64,000 nt of DNA from Neptuniibacter sp. (GCA_050633685.1 JBOEHA010000023.1:29514-93513); one strand, 5' to 3'; shown: positions 19,386 through 29,166, counted from the stretch's first letter. Notes: generated by a model not told the origin, from the letters alone. Made by a program: numbers and translations.

Positions 19386-20753
19386 TTAGCTTGGCTTGCT
19401 TAGTTGTTGATAGAGACTAGCACGTGAGATGCCTAGTAATTTGGCGGCTTCTGTTTTATTGCCGTTGCACTTTTGAATGGCTTCCTGGATCGACCTTATA
19501 GATGTATCCCTTTTAATGCTTTTAAGGTCGGCAGGCTGTTCAGGGGAGCACATTTCTGGAGGTACATCATTAGCTCCGAGATCTTCAGCATGGATCATTT
19601 CGCCTTCGGCCATTACGCAGCCTCGCTCCAGCCTGTTGCGAAGCTCACGAATATTGCCAGGCCATTTGTATGCTGAAAGCCATTTTATAGCGTCATCGGA
19701 GAGTTTTAGCTCTGGTAGTTGTGACTGTGTTTGGATCTTAACCAGCAGGTGTTGCGTAAGCTCAGTGATATCTTCAATGCGCTTGCGTAATGGTGGCAAT
19801 CTGATGGGTAAAACATTTAAGCGGTAGTATAAGTCTTCGCGAAACTCTCCTGCCTGGACCTGCTTTATTAGGTCTTTGGAGGTTGCGGCAATAATTCTGA
19901 CATCTACTTTCTCAAGACGGTTGGAGCCTAGAGCCTCAACTTCGCGTTCCTGAAGTACCCGCAGTAGTTTTGCCTGCATCGGTAGTGGCATTTCTGCTAT
20001 TTCATCTAAAAATAGGGTGCCACCATCGGCTAGCTGTACTTTCCCAATACGGCCTTTTCGGTCTGCTCCCGTATAAGCGCCAGGCGCTGTCCCAAACAAC
20101 TCTGCTTCCGCTAATGATTCTGGAAGAGCGCCCATGTTAATACCAACAAAGGGGCCGCTCCTGCGATGAGATGCATGATGAATACCTTGAGCAAGTAATT
20201 CTTTACCGGTACCTGTTTCACCTAATAGAAGGAGAGTGGTGTCTAATTGCGCAGCTCTCAGCGCTTTTCTGCGAAGCTGTTGGGTTGTTAGCGAACTGCC
20301 GATCATATCGTCCAGTTCATAGCGACTGGGGCGGATGATCTTCTCATCTTCAAATTTGTGCTTCAGGCGGGCAAATTTATCAAACAATGGTTGGAGACTG
20401 TCGAGATCGTCGTAGAAGACAAAGCCAATCGCACCGATAACCTTCTGCTCTGGATTGCGAACTGGTAGACGAGTCACAACGCACCAGCGGTTGTTGATGA
20501 GCATCAGGTCTATGAATAAAGGTTTTCCGCTTTTGACCACTCTAGGCATCTGAGTGCTGGGAAGGAGGTCTTCTATAGGTTTGCCTATAGGATCATTATC
20601 ATCAGGAAGTTCAATTAAGCTGCGATAGGCATCACTGATCCAGATAACCTTGCACTGTTCATCTATTGCTATGGCGCATTTACAAAAGCTGTTGAGCAGA
20701 TCGAGAAGGTTGTGATTGCTATCCTGTTGGATCAGTTGTCGTAAGGAATTCAT
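19386..20753 (-). CDS. PAS-AAA+-Fis sigma54 enhancer-binding protein
   Basis: GETGTGKELLA, GAYTGA, LFLDEI, WPGNIREL, GNKTEAAKLLGISRASLY; N-terminal PAS-like region. Confidence 0.92.
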   Translation of the reverse strand: MNSLRQLIQQDSNHNLLDLLNSFCKCAIAIDEQCKVIWISDAYRSLIELPDDNDPIGKPIEDLLPSTQMPRVVKSGKPLFIDLMLINNRWCVVTRLPVRNPEQKVIGAIGFVFYDDLDSLQPLFDKFARLKHKFEDEKIIRPSRYELDDMIGSSLTTQQLRRKALRAAQLDTTLLLLGETGTGKELLAQGIHHASHRRSGPFVGINMGALPESLAEAELFGTAPGAYTGADRKGRIGKVQLADGGTLFLDEIAEMPLPMQAKLLRVLQEREVEALGSNRLEKVDVRIIAATSKDLIKQVQAGEFREDLYYRLNVLPIRLPPLRKRIEDITELTQHLLVKIQTQSQLPELKLSDDAIKWLSAYKWPGNIRELRNRLERGCVMAEGEMIHAEDLGANDVPPEMCSPEQPADLKSIKRDTSIRSIQEAIQKCNGNKTEAAKLLGISRASLYQQLSKPS

Positions 20754-20758
20754 GTTTT

Positions 20759-21067
20759 CTATTTAAGAGCATCAAGCGCTTTTTGCATTTTGTTAGCTTT
20801 AGAGAGGGTTTGCTTCTCTTTTACTAGTGATGTTTTAAATTTCTCAGCGAGTTGTTCTGCGTCACGGCTTAGCTTTCTTGCCTCAATAAGAAGATTGCGA
20901 ATAGTAGTCGCTTCCGCTTCAGCAACTTCAGCTATGGCGATTCGATTTACTGTCTCAGCGTAGCTCCCTTGTAGTTTCTCAATGGCGGCCCAGTCCTTTT
21001 CTTTAGCAGCATTGTTTATATCTTTGGCTTGAGAAAGTACTTGTTGGGCTAACTCTAAAACGCTCAT
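20759..21067 (-). CDS. Small helical protein, FliT-like
   Basis: 102 aa, all helical; A...DWAAIEKL and C-terminal K.QKAL resemble FliT; adjacent to fliC. Confidence 0.5.
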   Translation of the reverse strand: MSVLELAQQVLSQAKDINNAAKEKDWAAIEKLQGSYAETVNRIAIAEVAEAEATTIRNLLIEARKLSRDAEQLAEKFKTSLVKEKQTLSKANKMQKALDALK

Positions 21068-21091
21068 TTGAAAGTCCCGAATAATTTTTAC

Positions 21092-21118
21092 TAAGGATCA
21101 GTGTGAGTGTGCCGATAA
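21092..21118 (+). promoter_or_regulatory. sigma28 (FliA) promoter P1 of fliC
   Basis: TAAG-N15-GCCGATAA. Confidence 0.8.
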
Positions 21119-21169
21119 CAAAAAGCAACGAGGTTATTTAAGCATTCAGAAAAAATTTAACTTTTTTTC

Positions 21170-21196
21170 TAAAGCGTTGCCGTCTCTGGTCGATAA
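21170..21196 (+). promoter_or_regulatory. sigma28 (FliA) promoter P2 of fliC
   Basis: TAAA-N15-GTCGATAA. Confidence 0.75.
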
Positions 21197-21299
21197 CCTG
21201 CTCAAGCTTGTCTTCTCTGTAAATTTAAAAAGTGGAAGGCAGATAGCAAAAAATTTCTAAAAGCCGGTCAGACTCGGCTGATAATGAGGAGAACAACTC

Positions 21300-23066
21300 A
21301 TGGCAATGGTAATTAACTCAAACATTATGTCGCTGAACGCTCAGCGTAACCTGATGATCTCCCAGGGCGATCAGAACCAGGCGATGGAGCGTTTGTCTAG
21401 CGGTAAGCGTATCAACTCTGCAGCTGATGATGCAGCGGGTCTGGCAATCTCTAACCGTATGACCTCACAGGTTCGTGGTCTGGACCAGGCAATTCGAAAC
21501 GCTAACGACGGTATCTCTCTGATTCAAACTGCAGAGGGTGCACTGGATGAAACAACAAACATCCTGCAGCGTATGCGTGAACTGTCTATCCAGTCTGCCA
21601 ACGGTACTTACGATGATGGCAACCGTGCAACTCTGGATGCAGAGGTTCAGCAGCTGATTTCTGAGATCGACCGTATCTCTGAAACTACTAAGTTCAACGG
21701 TTTGAACATCCTTGATGGTACTCTGGGTAAAGTTGATCTGCAGGCGGGTGCAGATGCATACGAAACGATATCCTTGGAAATCGGTGCTACAAGTACAAAT
21801 AGCCTAGGTTCGGCCGCTTCTGCTGATGTTGTTGGTTACACAACAAGTAATGCAGGCGGTACTGATGCTGGTTCGTTTGCAGGTAGTGTAACGATTAATG
21901 GTCAGACATTGACTTCGACTGCTTTGAACGCTGCGACCAATATGGATGAATTCCTGGGTGTCATTAATGACGGCGTGGCTGGAGTTGAAGCAAGCTCGTT
22001 TGTTGAAGCTACGGCAACTGCAGTAGGTACAGGTATTTTGGCTACTGGTACGACTTTCCAGGTGCAAGTGACATTTAACGATGACACTACTGCTACATGG
22101 CAGGTTTCTGAAACTGCGAGTCTGGAAGAATTGGCAGATAAAATCACTAGTACGACAAATGGCGCAGTTGAAGCTTCAATTAACGATGAAGGTCGCTTGG
22201 TACTTTTTGCTCAAGATGCGACTCTGATTACAACAGTAGATGGATCAACTTCAGATGGAGCTTCCGGTATTACGGACGGAGCATTCGCTAACTCTATCCA
22301 GTTAACAGACACCCTTGGTGATAAAGCAATTACCATTGACTATGCATCTACTGGCGCTAGCCTCACTGCAGATTCTCAGCTACTTGGTTTAGATGAGCGT
22401 TTGACTGCAGGGGACGTGGTTGGTACCACAACGATGGTCGGTAGTACTGACTTCAACGATGGTGACGTTACCATCAATGGTGTAAATCTGGGGGCTTACG
22501 ACGCGAGTAACGACTATGATGGAACTCTAAGTGGTGCTGCTTCTTCGGATGCTAACTTGGTGAACTTCATCAACTTGAAGAGCGGTGAAACTGGTGTTGT
22601 TGCGTCTGTTGCTACCACAGATGGTATCGATCAACTGACTCTGAACTCAGTAGATGGATCTGAAATTAGTGTAGACTACCGCGAGTCTGTAGCTAGCACA
22701 ATGGAAGGCCTGTTGGGTATACAGCAGACCAACGTGGCAGCTGGATTCGGTAACTCTGTTGCAGATATTGATATCTCAACAGCAGCCGGTGCACAGGAAG
22801 CGATTGAAGTAATTGATACAGCTCTGGAGCAGATTAACTCGACTCGAGGTGACTTGGGTGCGATCAGTAACCGTCTGGACTTTACTATCAATAACCTGTC
22901 CAACGTATCTGAGAACGTAGCATCTGCCCGTTCACGTATCGAAGATGCTGACTTTGCTTCAGAATCTGCAGCGCTGTCCCGTGCACAGGTACTGCAGCAG
23001 GCTGGTACTGCGATGTTGGCTCAGGCTAATGCAGCGCCTCAGCAAGTACTGTCACTGCTTCAGTAA
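21300..23066 (+). CDS. fliC: Flagellin, 588 aa
   Basis: INSN..SLNAQRNL, RLSSGKRINSAADDAAGLAI, RSRIEDADFA.E, MLAQAN..PQ.VLSLLQ. Confidence 0.98.
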   Translation: MAMVINSNIMSLNAQRNLMISQGDQNQAMERLSSGKRINSAADDAAGLAISNRMTSQVRGLDQAIRNANDGISLIQTAEGALDETTNILQRMRELSIQSANGTYDDGNRATLDAEVQQLISEIDRISETTKFNGLNILDGTLGKVDLQAGADAYETISLEIGATSTNSLGSAASADVVGYTTSNAGGTDAGSFAGSVTINGQTLTSTALNAATNMDEFLGVINDGVAGVEASSFVEATATAVGTGILATGTTFQVQVTFNDDTTATWQVSETASLEELADKITSTTNGAVEASINDEGRLVLFAQDATLITTVDGSTSDGASGITDGAFANSIQLTDTLGDKAITIDYASTGASLTADSQLLGLDERLTAGDVVGTTTMVGSTDFNDGDVTINGVNLGAYDASNDYDGTLSGAASSDANLVNFINLKSGETGVVASVATTDGIDQLTLNSVDGSEISVDYRESVASTMEGLLGIQQTNVAAGFGNSVADIDISTAAGAQEAIEVIDTALEQINSTRGDLGAISNRLDFTINNLSNVSENVASARSRIEDADFASESAALSRAQVLQQAGTAMLAQANAAPQQVLSLLQ

Positions 23067-23097
23067 GATACGAGCTATACTTTACTGATAGATGAAT

Positions 23098-23129
23098 AAT
23101 CCCCCTGAGCCATCGTGCGATGGGGGATT
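23098..23129 (+). other. Interrupted stem-loop between fliC and flaG, no U-tract
   Basis: AATCCC...CCATC-GTGC-GATGG-GGGATT; possible mRNA stability or attenuation element. Confidence 0.35.
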
Positions 23130-23157
23130 GTCATAAAGTTAAAGAGAGGGATATGTT

Positions 23158-23532
23158 ATGGCAGATTCAATGAGTGTTACGGCTTCAGTCGTTGCTCCTT
23201 CGTCACAGCAGCCTCAGCAAGCTCAGCAGCCAGTAGTACGTAAGCCACCTGTGGAAGCGCCTAGCAATGAGCGGTTCCAGAAGCAGGCACAAGAGATACA
23301 AGATGTGTCTATGGAAAAGCTGGATGCTGCAATTGATCGCTTAAATGAGATGATGCAAAATAGCCAACGGTCTTTAAGTTATTCTGTTGATAAAGCATCT
23401 GATAAGGTTGTAGTCCAGGTGCGTGACTATACGACGGATCAGGTTATTCGGCAGATACCCACTGAAGAAGCGCTTAGGTTTGCAGAATCCTTAGATCGCA
23501 TGTTAGGCATGTTATTTGATCAAGAGGTCTGA
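23158..23532 (+). CDS. flaG: Flagellar protein FlaG
   Basis: L.YSVDK....VVQVRD..T.QVIRQIPTEE. Confidence 0.9.
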   Translation: MADSMSVTASVVAPSSQQPQQAQQPVVRKPPVEAPSNERFQKQAQEIQDVSMEKLDAAIDRLNEMMQNSQRSLSYSVDKASDKVVVQVRDYTTDQVIRQIPTEEALRFAESLDRMLGMLFDQEV

Positions 23533-23583
23533 ATAATTTAGGCCTCTTTATTAACCTCCCATAATTAACCAGAGGTGTTGGCG

Positions 23584-25686
23584 ATGAGTGATAGTATTAT
23601 TCGGTCACTGGGAGCCGGTTCTGGTATCGATACCACCAGTCTTGTTTCCAGCCTTGTTGAAATTGAAAGAGCGCCGAAGCAAAGTCGCTTAGATAATAAA
23701 CAGGAAACTCTGGAAGCACAGATCTCCGCATACGGTGTTCTAAAAAGCAGTCTTTCAGAATTACAGTCCTTTTTAGCCCCTTTAGCGGATAATGACACTT
23801 ATAATGCGCGTTCAGTATCGTTTACAGATAGTGAGGCCATTACCCCAAATGCCGTTGATCCCGGTGCACAAACAGGGACTTACCAGATAGAAGTTGTGGA
23901 TGTTGCTCAAGCGCAGTCCTTGGCTTCAGGTGCGTTCGCTGACAAAGATTCAGCGTTGAATGAGACCGGTACACTGACTATCAGTTTTGGTACCTGGACT
24001 TACGTTGCGGACGATACACACCTTCCTGCAGATGCTGACAGTAATGAGGATCCGGATAGTTTTGTTGTAAATGATGAGCGTGCTGCTCTAAATATTACAA
24101 TTGAAGCGGATGATACGCTGCAGGATCTGGCTGATAAAATTAATGATGAAGATGCCGGTTTGCAGGCATCAGTGCTATTGGTTGATGGTCAATACCAACT
24201 GATGATGACTGCACCATCAGGTGCCAATAATGCGATAAGAGTTACCAGTGATGATGCCACTAAAGGTGACACAACTGGCCTTAGTGTTTTTGAGTTTAAC
24301 GAGAGTGAGCACACTCAGGTAATCGAAACTCAACAGGCTCAAGATGCAGAGTTGAAAGTTAATGGGCTGACGGTTTTCCGTGAGACCAATGAAATCGATG
24401 ATGTTATCCAGGGCTTGAACTTTTCGCTGAATAAAAGTGATGCAGGTAATCCTGTTACATTTACGGTTTCTGAAGATACCTCAACCGCTGAGCAGTCAAT
24501 ACGAGATTTTGTAGAAGCCTATAACCTGTTTTATGAAACAGCACAGAGCTTGGTAGGTTATAGCGAAGACGCTGAAACAAATCAGACAACTAGAGGTGAT
24601 CTCGCTACAGACGGTACTGCTAAGACCTTAATCACTCGACTCCGTAATTCTATTGGCTCGCTGGTTCCAGGGGTCGAGACAGGTTTTACTGCATTAACCA
24701 ATGTTGGTATCCGAACTGAACTTGACGGTACATTGGCGATTGATGAAGACGACTTTTCCTCGGCAATGAATGAAAACTTTGATCTGGTGGAAACGCTCTT
24801 CGCGACGGATACCACTTCAACCAGTAATCAGGTAGACGTGTCGGCCGGTAGTTATGCCGGGGGTACGGTAGCGGGTAGTTATGAAGTAGTAGTAACTACA
24901 GATCCGGAAAAAGCTACGGTAGCCGTTGGTAATCCAACACCGGCATTCAGTTTTCCACTAACCATCGCTGAAGCGGATGCATCATATTCATTTGCGCTTA
25001 CTGTGGATGGAACCAAGAGTACAACAATTACGTTGACAGGCTCTTATTCATCGGAAGATGAAGTAGCATCAGCCTTGCAAGCGTTGATCAACGGTGATGT
25101 GAATATTGATAATGCCGGGGTTGGTGTTGATGTCTCTTTTGACAGCTTAAACAATAATTTTGTTTTTACTTCTCGTAGTTATGGGAACTCATCCAGTATC
25201 AACTTTTCGTCAGCAGACTTTGGCGTAAATGCGGGGCAGTTTGGTTTGGTAGCAGACTACAGTGATACCGGGGTGGATGCTGAAGGTACAATAGCTGGGG
25301 AAGATGCTTTTGGTTCGGGCAATATTCTTTTGCCGCCGATTGATTCAGATGCCTATGGCCTGAACTTTACTATAGGTGAAAATGCCGTTGCTGCAGGCAC
25401 TGTAACTACCAACTTCTCACGCGGTTTTGCTGGTGAGTTGAATGTATTAATTGATAGTTTCCTGGGCGGCTCAGGTAGTATTCAGTTGCGTGAGGATAAT
25501 ATCAGTGATTCGCTTAGCGAAATTGCGGATGACCAAGAAGAACTTGATCGCAAAATGGAAAAACTGGAGATTCGTTTAACGGCACAGTATCTTGCGATGG
25601 AACAGATTATCAGTAGCTTCCAAAGTACAGGCAATCAGCTGGATGGTATTCTTGAACGCCTCCCATTTACCGCAACAAATAATTAA
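23584..25686 (+). CDS. fliD: Flagellar filament cap protein
   Basis: SLGAGSGID, QISAYGVLKS, AQAQSLAS, AQDAELKVNGL, QYLAMEQII. Confidence 0.95.
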   Translation: MSDSIIRSLGAGSGIDTTSLVSSLVEIERAPKQSRLDNKQETLEAQISAYGVLKSSLSELQSFLAPLADNDTYNARSVSFTDSEAITPNAVDPGAQTGTYQIEVVDVAQAQSLASGAFADKDSALNETGTLTISFGTWTYVADDTHLPADADSNEDPDSFVVNDERAALNITIEADDTLQDLADKINDEDAGLQASVLLVDGQYQLMMTAPSGANNAIRVTSDDATKGDTTGLSVFEFNESEHTQVIETQQAQDAELKVNGLTVFRETNEIDDVIQGLNFSLNKSDAGNPVTFTVSEDTSTAEQSIRDFVEAYNLFYETAQSLVGYSEDAETNQTTRGDLATDGTAKTLITRLRNSIGSLVPGVETGFTALTNVGIRTELDGTLAIDEDDFSSAMNENFDLVETLFATDTTSTSNQVDVSAGSYAGGTVAGSYEVVVTTDPEKATVAVGNPTPAFSFPLTIAEADASYSFALTVDGTKSTTITLTGSYSSEDEVASALQALINGDVNIDNAGVGVDVSFDSLNNNFVFTSRSYGNSSSINFSSADFGVNAGQFGLVADYSDTGVDAEGTIAGEDAFGSGNILLPPIDSDAYGLNFTIGENAVAAGTVTTNFSRGFAGELNVLIDSFLGGSGSIQLREDNISDSLSEIADDQEELDRKMEKLEIRLTAQYLAMEQIISSFQSTGNQLDGILERLPFTATNN

Positions 25687-25712
25687 TTAGATTTATAGAT
25701 AAGGTGCCCTTG

Positions 25713-26114
25713 ATGAGTGTTAACTTGAACGCGTTGAAGCAGTATCAAAGTGTTGACTTGCGTGCGACAGTTGAGACGGCTTCGCCACACAAAATGGTAT
25801 CGATGCTGTTTGATGGTGTTTTAAAAGCTCTTGCAACAGCAAAAGGCTGCTGTGAACGAGCAGATATTGAAGGTAGATCGGCCTCAATTAATAAGGCTTC
25901 AGAAATTATCATAGGCTTAAAAGGGTGTTTAGACCTTGAACAAGGTGGAGAGGTCGCTCAGCGTCTTGATGAGCTATATGATTATTCACTCCGCCAGTTG
26001 TACCAGGCTAACAAGGAAAATAGTTCTGAGCTCGTACAGGAGATTATTGGTCTGATATCGGAGGTGAGCTCTGGCTGGAACGATATGCCTGTAGAATACA
26101 AAGTCGGAGAGTGA
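25713..26114 (+). CDS. fliS: Flagellar export chaperone FliS
   Basis: ASPHKMVSMLFDG, L.LEQGGEVA..L..LYDY. Confidence 0.95.
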   Translation: MSVNLNALKQYQSVDLRATVETASPHKMVSMLFDGVLKALATAKGCCERADIEGRSASINKASEIIIGLKGCLDLEQGGEVAQRLDELYDYSLRQLYQANKENSSELVQEIIGLISEVSSGWNDMPVEYKVGE

Positions 26115-26118
26115 TGAT

Positions 26119-27903
26119 TTGACCAGCAATGTGAGTGGTTTGGTCAAGCGTGCGACTCAGCTTGCCGCTGAATGCGAGAAAAAAAAAGACTTCAAGCAGG
26201 CTATCGAACTTTACATTAAGGCAATAAATTTAGAGCCTACAAACACCCTTGCAGTTACCTCGCTTTGCGCCATTTATTTTAATATGGGCAAGCATGACGT
26301 GGTGGAAAAAATTCTGCTGGGGGTTATCAAAATAGCGCCTAACAATTGTTACTTTTATTTCCAACTTGGAAAGCTTTATACGACACAACGACAATTTGAT
26401 AAGGCGATAGATCAATTCCTAAAATCCTTTAAGTTAAACAAAGATCTTAAAGAGAATTACCTCAACCTTGCTCACGCCTACGCTGAGAAACATGAATATG
26501 TGACAGCGCTGGAGTATGCTCAGGAGGGAATTAAAAAATATCCGGATTATGCCAAGCTATACAATAACATTGCTTATATTTTACGAGCTCTAGGCGATAT
26601 TGAGGGTGCTTTTAGGTATCAAGAGATTTCTGTTGATAAAAACCCTAGAGAATTTAGTTTGTTCAGTAATTACCTTTTCTATCTGTCTCAATCACCCTTT
26701 GTTTCGCCTGAAGAATATTTAGAAAAAGCTAAAGAGTATGGCTGTAGAGTGTCGCAAGGCATTAAACAATATGAGACTTGGCCAGGGTTAGCTTCAAAAG
26801 AAAAACTGCGTATTGGTTTTGTTTCAGGTGACTTACGCAATCATCCGGTCTCGTTCTTTATTGAAAACTGGCTAGGGTTGATTGATAAAACTAAGTTTGA
26901 ATTGGTTGCTTATTACAATTTTTCTCAAAATGATGAGAAAACATTGAGTTTGCACTCGATGTTCTCTGAGTGGTATCCGGTGACTGCGTTATCAGACGCA
27001 GAACTTGCAGAAAAGATTCACAAAGACCATATCCATATCCTGATTGATTTATCGGGTCATACTGCACATAACAGATTACCCGCATTTGCATGGAAACCCG
27101 CACCAATACAGATTAGCTGGGTGGGTTTTCCTACGAGTACCGGTTTGGAGCAGATGGATTACATGATGCCAAATCGGAATATGTCTCCTCCAGAATTCGA
27201 TCATCACTATCTTGAAAAACAGTGGTATTTACCTTCAGCTGGTTGTTTAAAGCCACCCGAAGTTGATATTGATGTGAATGATCTACCAGCCATTAAAAAC
27301 AGATATATAACGTTTGGTAGTTTCCACAGTGTTACTAAGCTAACAGATCAGGTGCTAACAACTTGGAGTGAGATATTAAAGCGGCTTCCAGATTCTAAAA
27401 TTTTATTTAAATGTAAAGAGCTAAAAGAGCTGAAAACCCAAGAGGTACTGTTGGAAAAAATGGTTAACTTGGGGATTGAGCCAGATAGAATTCTTATAGA
27501 GGGACCCTGTCCGCTACAAGAATACTTTAAGGCTTATCATTCTATTGATATAGGCTTAGACCCATTCCCATATAATTCAGGAACTGTTGGTTATCACAGT
27601 GTCTGGATGGGTGTTCCATATGTAGCGTTAGCGGGTGATCGGTTGCTTTCCAGAGTGGGCTATTCAAATATCCAGTTGGTAGGGCTTGAGCAATTTGCAG
27701 CCGAAAGCATTGAAGAATATATTCAGATAGCAGTTGATGTCGCATCCGATTTGGAAAATTTACAAAGCATTAGGCAAAAGCTCAGACAAACCTCTTTAGA
27801 TTCAGGTTTGTATGATGGCAGTAAAATGGCTTTAGATCTGGAAACAGCTTTTGAAAGTATGTGGCAGCAGTTTCTGAATAATAACGATAATACAGATAAA
27901 TAA
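26119..27903 (+). CDS. TPR plus GT41 (OGT/SPINDLY-like) glycosyltransferase, putative flagellin glycosyltransferase
   Basis: N-terminal TPRs, then LRIGFVSGDLRNHPV, ILIDLSGHT..NRL, PAPIQISWVGFP.STG, FGSF, DIGLDPFPYN, MGVP; TTG start 4 nt after fliS. Confidence 0.88.
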   Translation: MTSNVSGLVKRATQLAAECEKKKDFKQAIELYIKAINLEPTNTLAVTSLCAIYFNMGKHDVVEKILLGVIKIAPNNCYFYFQLGKLYTTQRQFDKAIDQFLKSFKLNKDLKENYLNLAHAYAEKHEYVTALEYAQEGIKKYPDYAKLYNNIAYILRALGDIEGAFRYQEISVDKNPREFSLFSNYLFYLSQSPFVSPEEYLEKAKEYGCRVSQGIKQYETWPGLASKEKLRIGFVSGDLRNHPVSFFIENWLGLIDKTKFELVAYYNFSQNDEKTLSLHSMFSEWYPVTALSDAELAEKIHKDHIHILIDLSGHTAHNRLPAFAWKPAPIQISWVGFPTSTGLEQMDYMMPNRNMSPPEFDHHYLEKQWYLPSAGCLKPPEVDIDVNDLPAIKNRYITFGSFHSVTKLTDQVLTTWSEILKRLPDSKILFKCKELKELKTQEVLLEKMVNLGIEPDRILIEGPCPLQEYFKAYHSIDIGLDPFPYNSGTVGYHSVWMGVPYVALAGDRLLSRVGYSNIQLVGLEQFAAESIEEYIQIAVDVASDLENLQSIRQKLRQTSLDSGLYDGSKMALDLETAFESMWQQFLNNNDNTDK

Positions 27904-27967
27904 GATAGGTTTAGCAGGTATTTAACCTTTCTTTATCTGTTATACAAATACTTAGAATTGATCTTTG

Positions 27968-29095
27968 ATGAAGCATCCTTTTTATCGCCCAGCCGCTCTC
28001 AATACAACTCGCCTGGTTCAGTACCTGGAAGAGATTAATGAAAGACGGTGGTACACAAATAATGGACCTCTGATTCGTCAGTTGACGGAGAAACTCGAAG
28101 ACTATCTTGGGGTTAAAAATCTGTTATTGGTGTCCAGTGGAACGGTAGCACTACAAGTCGCATATAAAGCATTACATCGAAAGGGAAGAATTTACACGAC
28201 TCCCTTGAGCTTTATCGCAAGTTCAAGTGCATTCGGTTGGTTGGGAAGTGAGATCCATTATGCAGATATCGATAACCAAACGCTGAATCTGGATCCGGAA
28301 TCTGTAAGAAATTCTTTGGATTTAACTGCGGACGATACGATTGTAGCCACTCACCTGTACGGCAATCCGTGCGATATAAACGCCTTTGAAAACTTAAAGA
28401 ACGAAACGCAATGTAAAATTATTTATGATGCGTCCCATGCGTTTGCGACCCGGTTTCAGGGGCAGAATATTCTTAACCTGGGCGATGCTTCGACGGTTAG
28501 TTTTCATGCTACAAAGCTGTTCCATACTATTGAAGGTGGTGGTGTAATCTTTGCAGATGAGGATGATCTGGCTCGAGCCCAGAAAATGATTAACTTCGGT
28601 TTCAATCAGAAAAACGAAATAGAAGAGATTGGTATCAACGCTAAAATGAGTGAGCTTCATGCCGCAGTAGGTTTGGTTGTGTTGGAGGAGCTTGATGCAA
28701 TTATTGAACAACGTTGTGCTATTGCAGATCAATACCGTTCGATTCTCGATCAGACAGATATAGCTACGACAGTGATCCAGGAAGGAACTGATATTTGTTC
28801 ACCCAGTTATATGCCGATTGTGCTTGCGAGTGCTAAAGAGAGGGAGTTACTCCAGGCCAGTATGCTTCATGACGGTATTGAAACAAGAAACTATTTTGAT
28901 TCCTTGCAATCCACCACGGAATTGTTTGAGGGGTCTCATAAAGTTCTTCCAAACTCCCAGCGTTTTAATAAGCGCGTTTTATGCCTTCCCCTTTATCCTG
29001 AACTAACTTCTGCCGATATAACTTATATATGTGATCGTTTGCGATTTAATCTGGAGAACATCAGATCTGAAGAGCAAGTATGCTGTGCACAGTAA
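27968..29095 (+). CDS. DegT/DnrJ/VioA-type PLP sugar aminotransferase
   Basis: WYTNNGP, ATHLYGNPC, IYDASHAF, SFHATKLFHTIEGG, GINAKMSE, LCLPLYP. Confidence 0.9.
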   Translation: MKHPFYRPAALNTTRLVQYLEEINERRWYTNNGPLIRQLTEKLEDYLGVKNLLLVSSGTVALQVAYKALHRKGRIYTTPLSFIASSSAFGWLGSEIHYADIDNQTLNLDPESVRNSLDLTADDTIVATHLYGNPCDINAFENLKNETQCKIIYDASHAFATRFQGQNILNLGDASTVSFHATKLFHTIEGGGVIFADEDDLARAQKMINFGFNQKNEIEEIGINAKMSELHAAVGLVVLEELDAIIEQRCAIADQYRSILDQTDIATTVIQEGTDICSPSYMPIVLASAKERELLQASMLHDGIETRNYFDSLQSTTELFEGSHKVLPNSQRFNKRVLCLPLYPELTSADITYICDRLRFNLENIRSEEQVCCAQ

Positions 29096-29166
29096 CAGAT
29101 CATTTCCTGGTTCTTTAAACCAGTGTGCTTATTGTCACGCTGATTGAAATGAGTGGTATGCATTCA

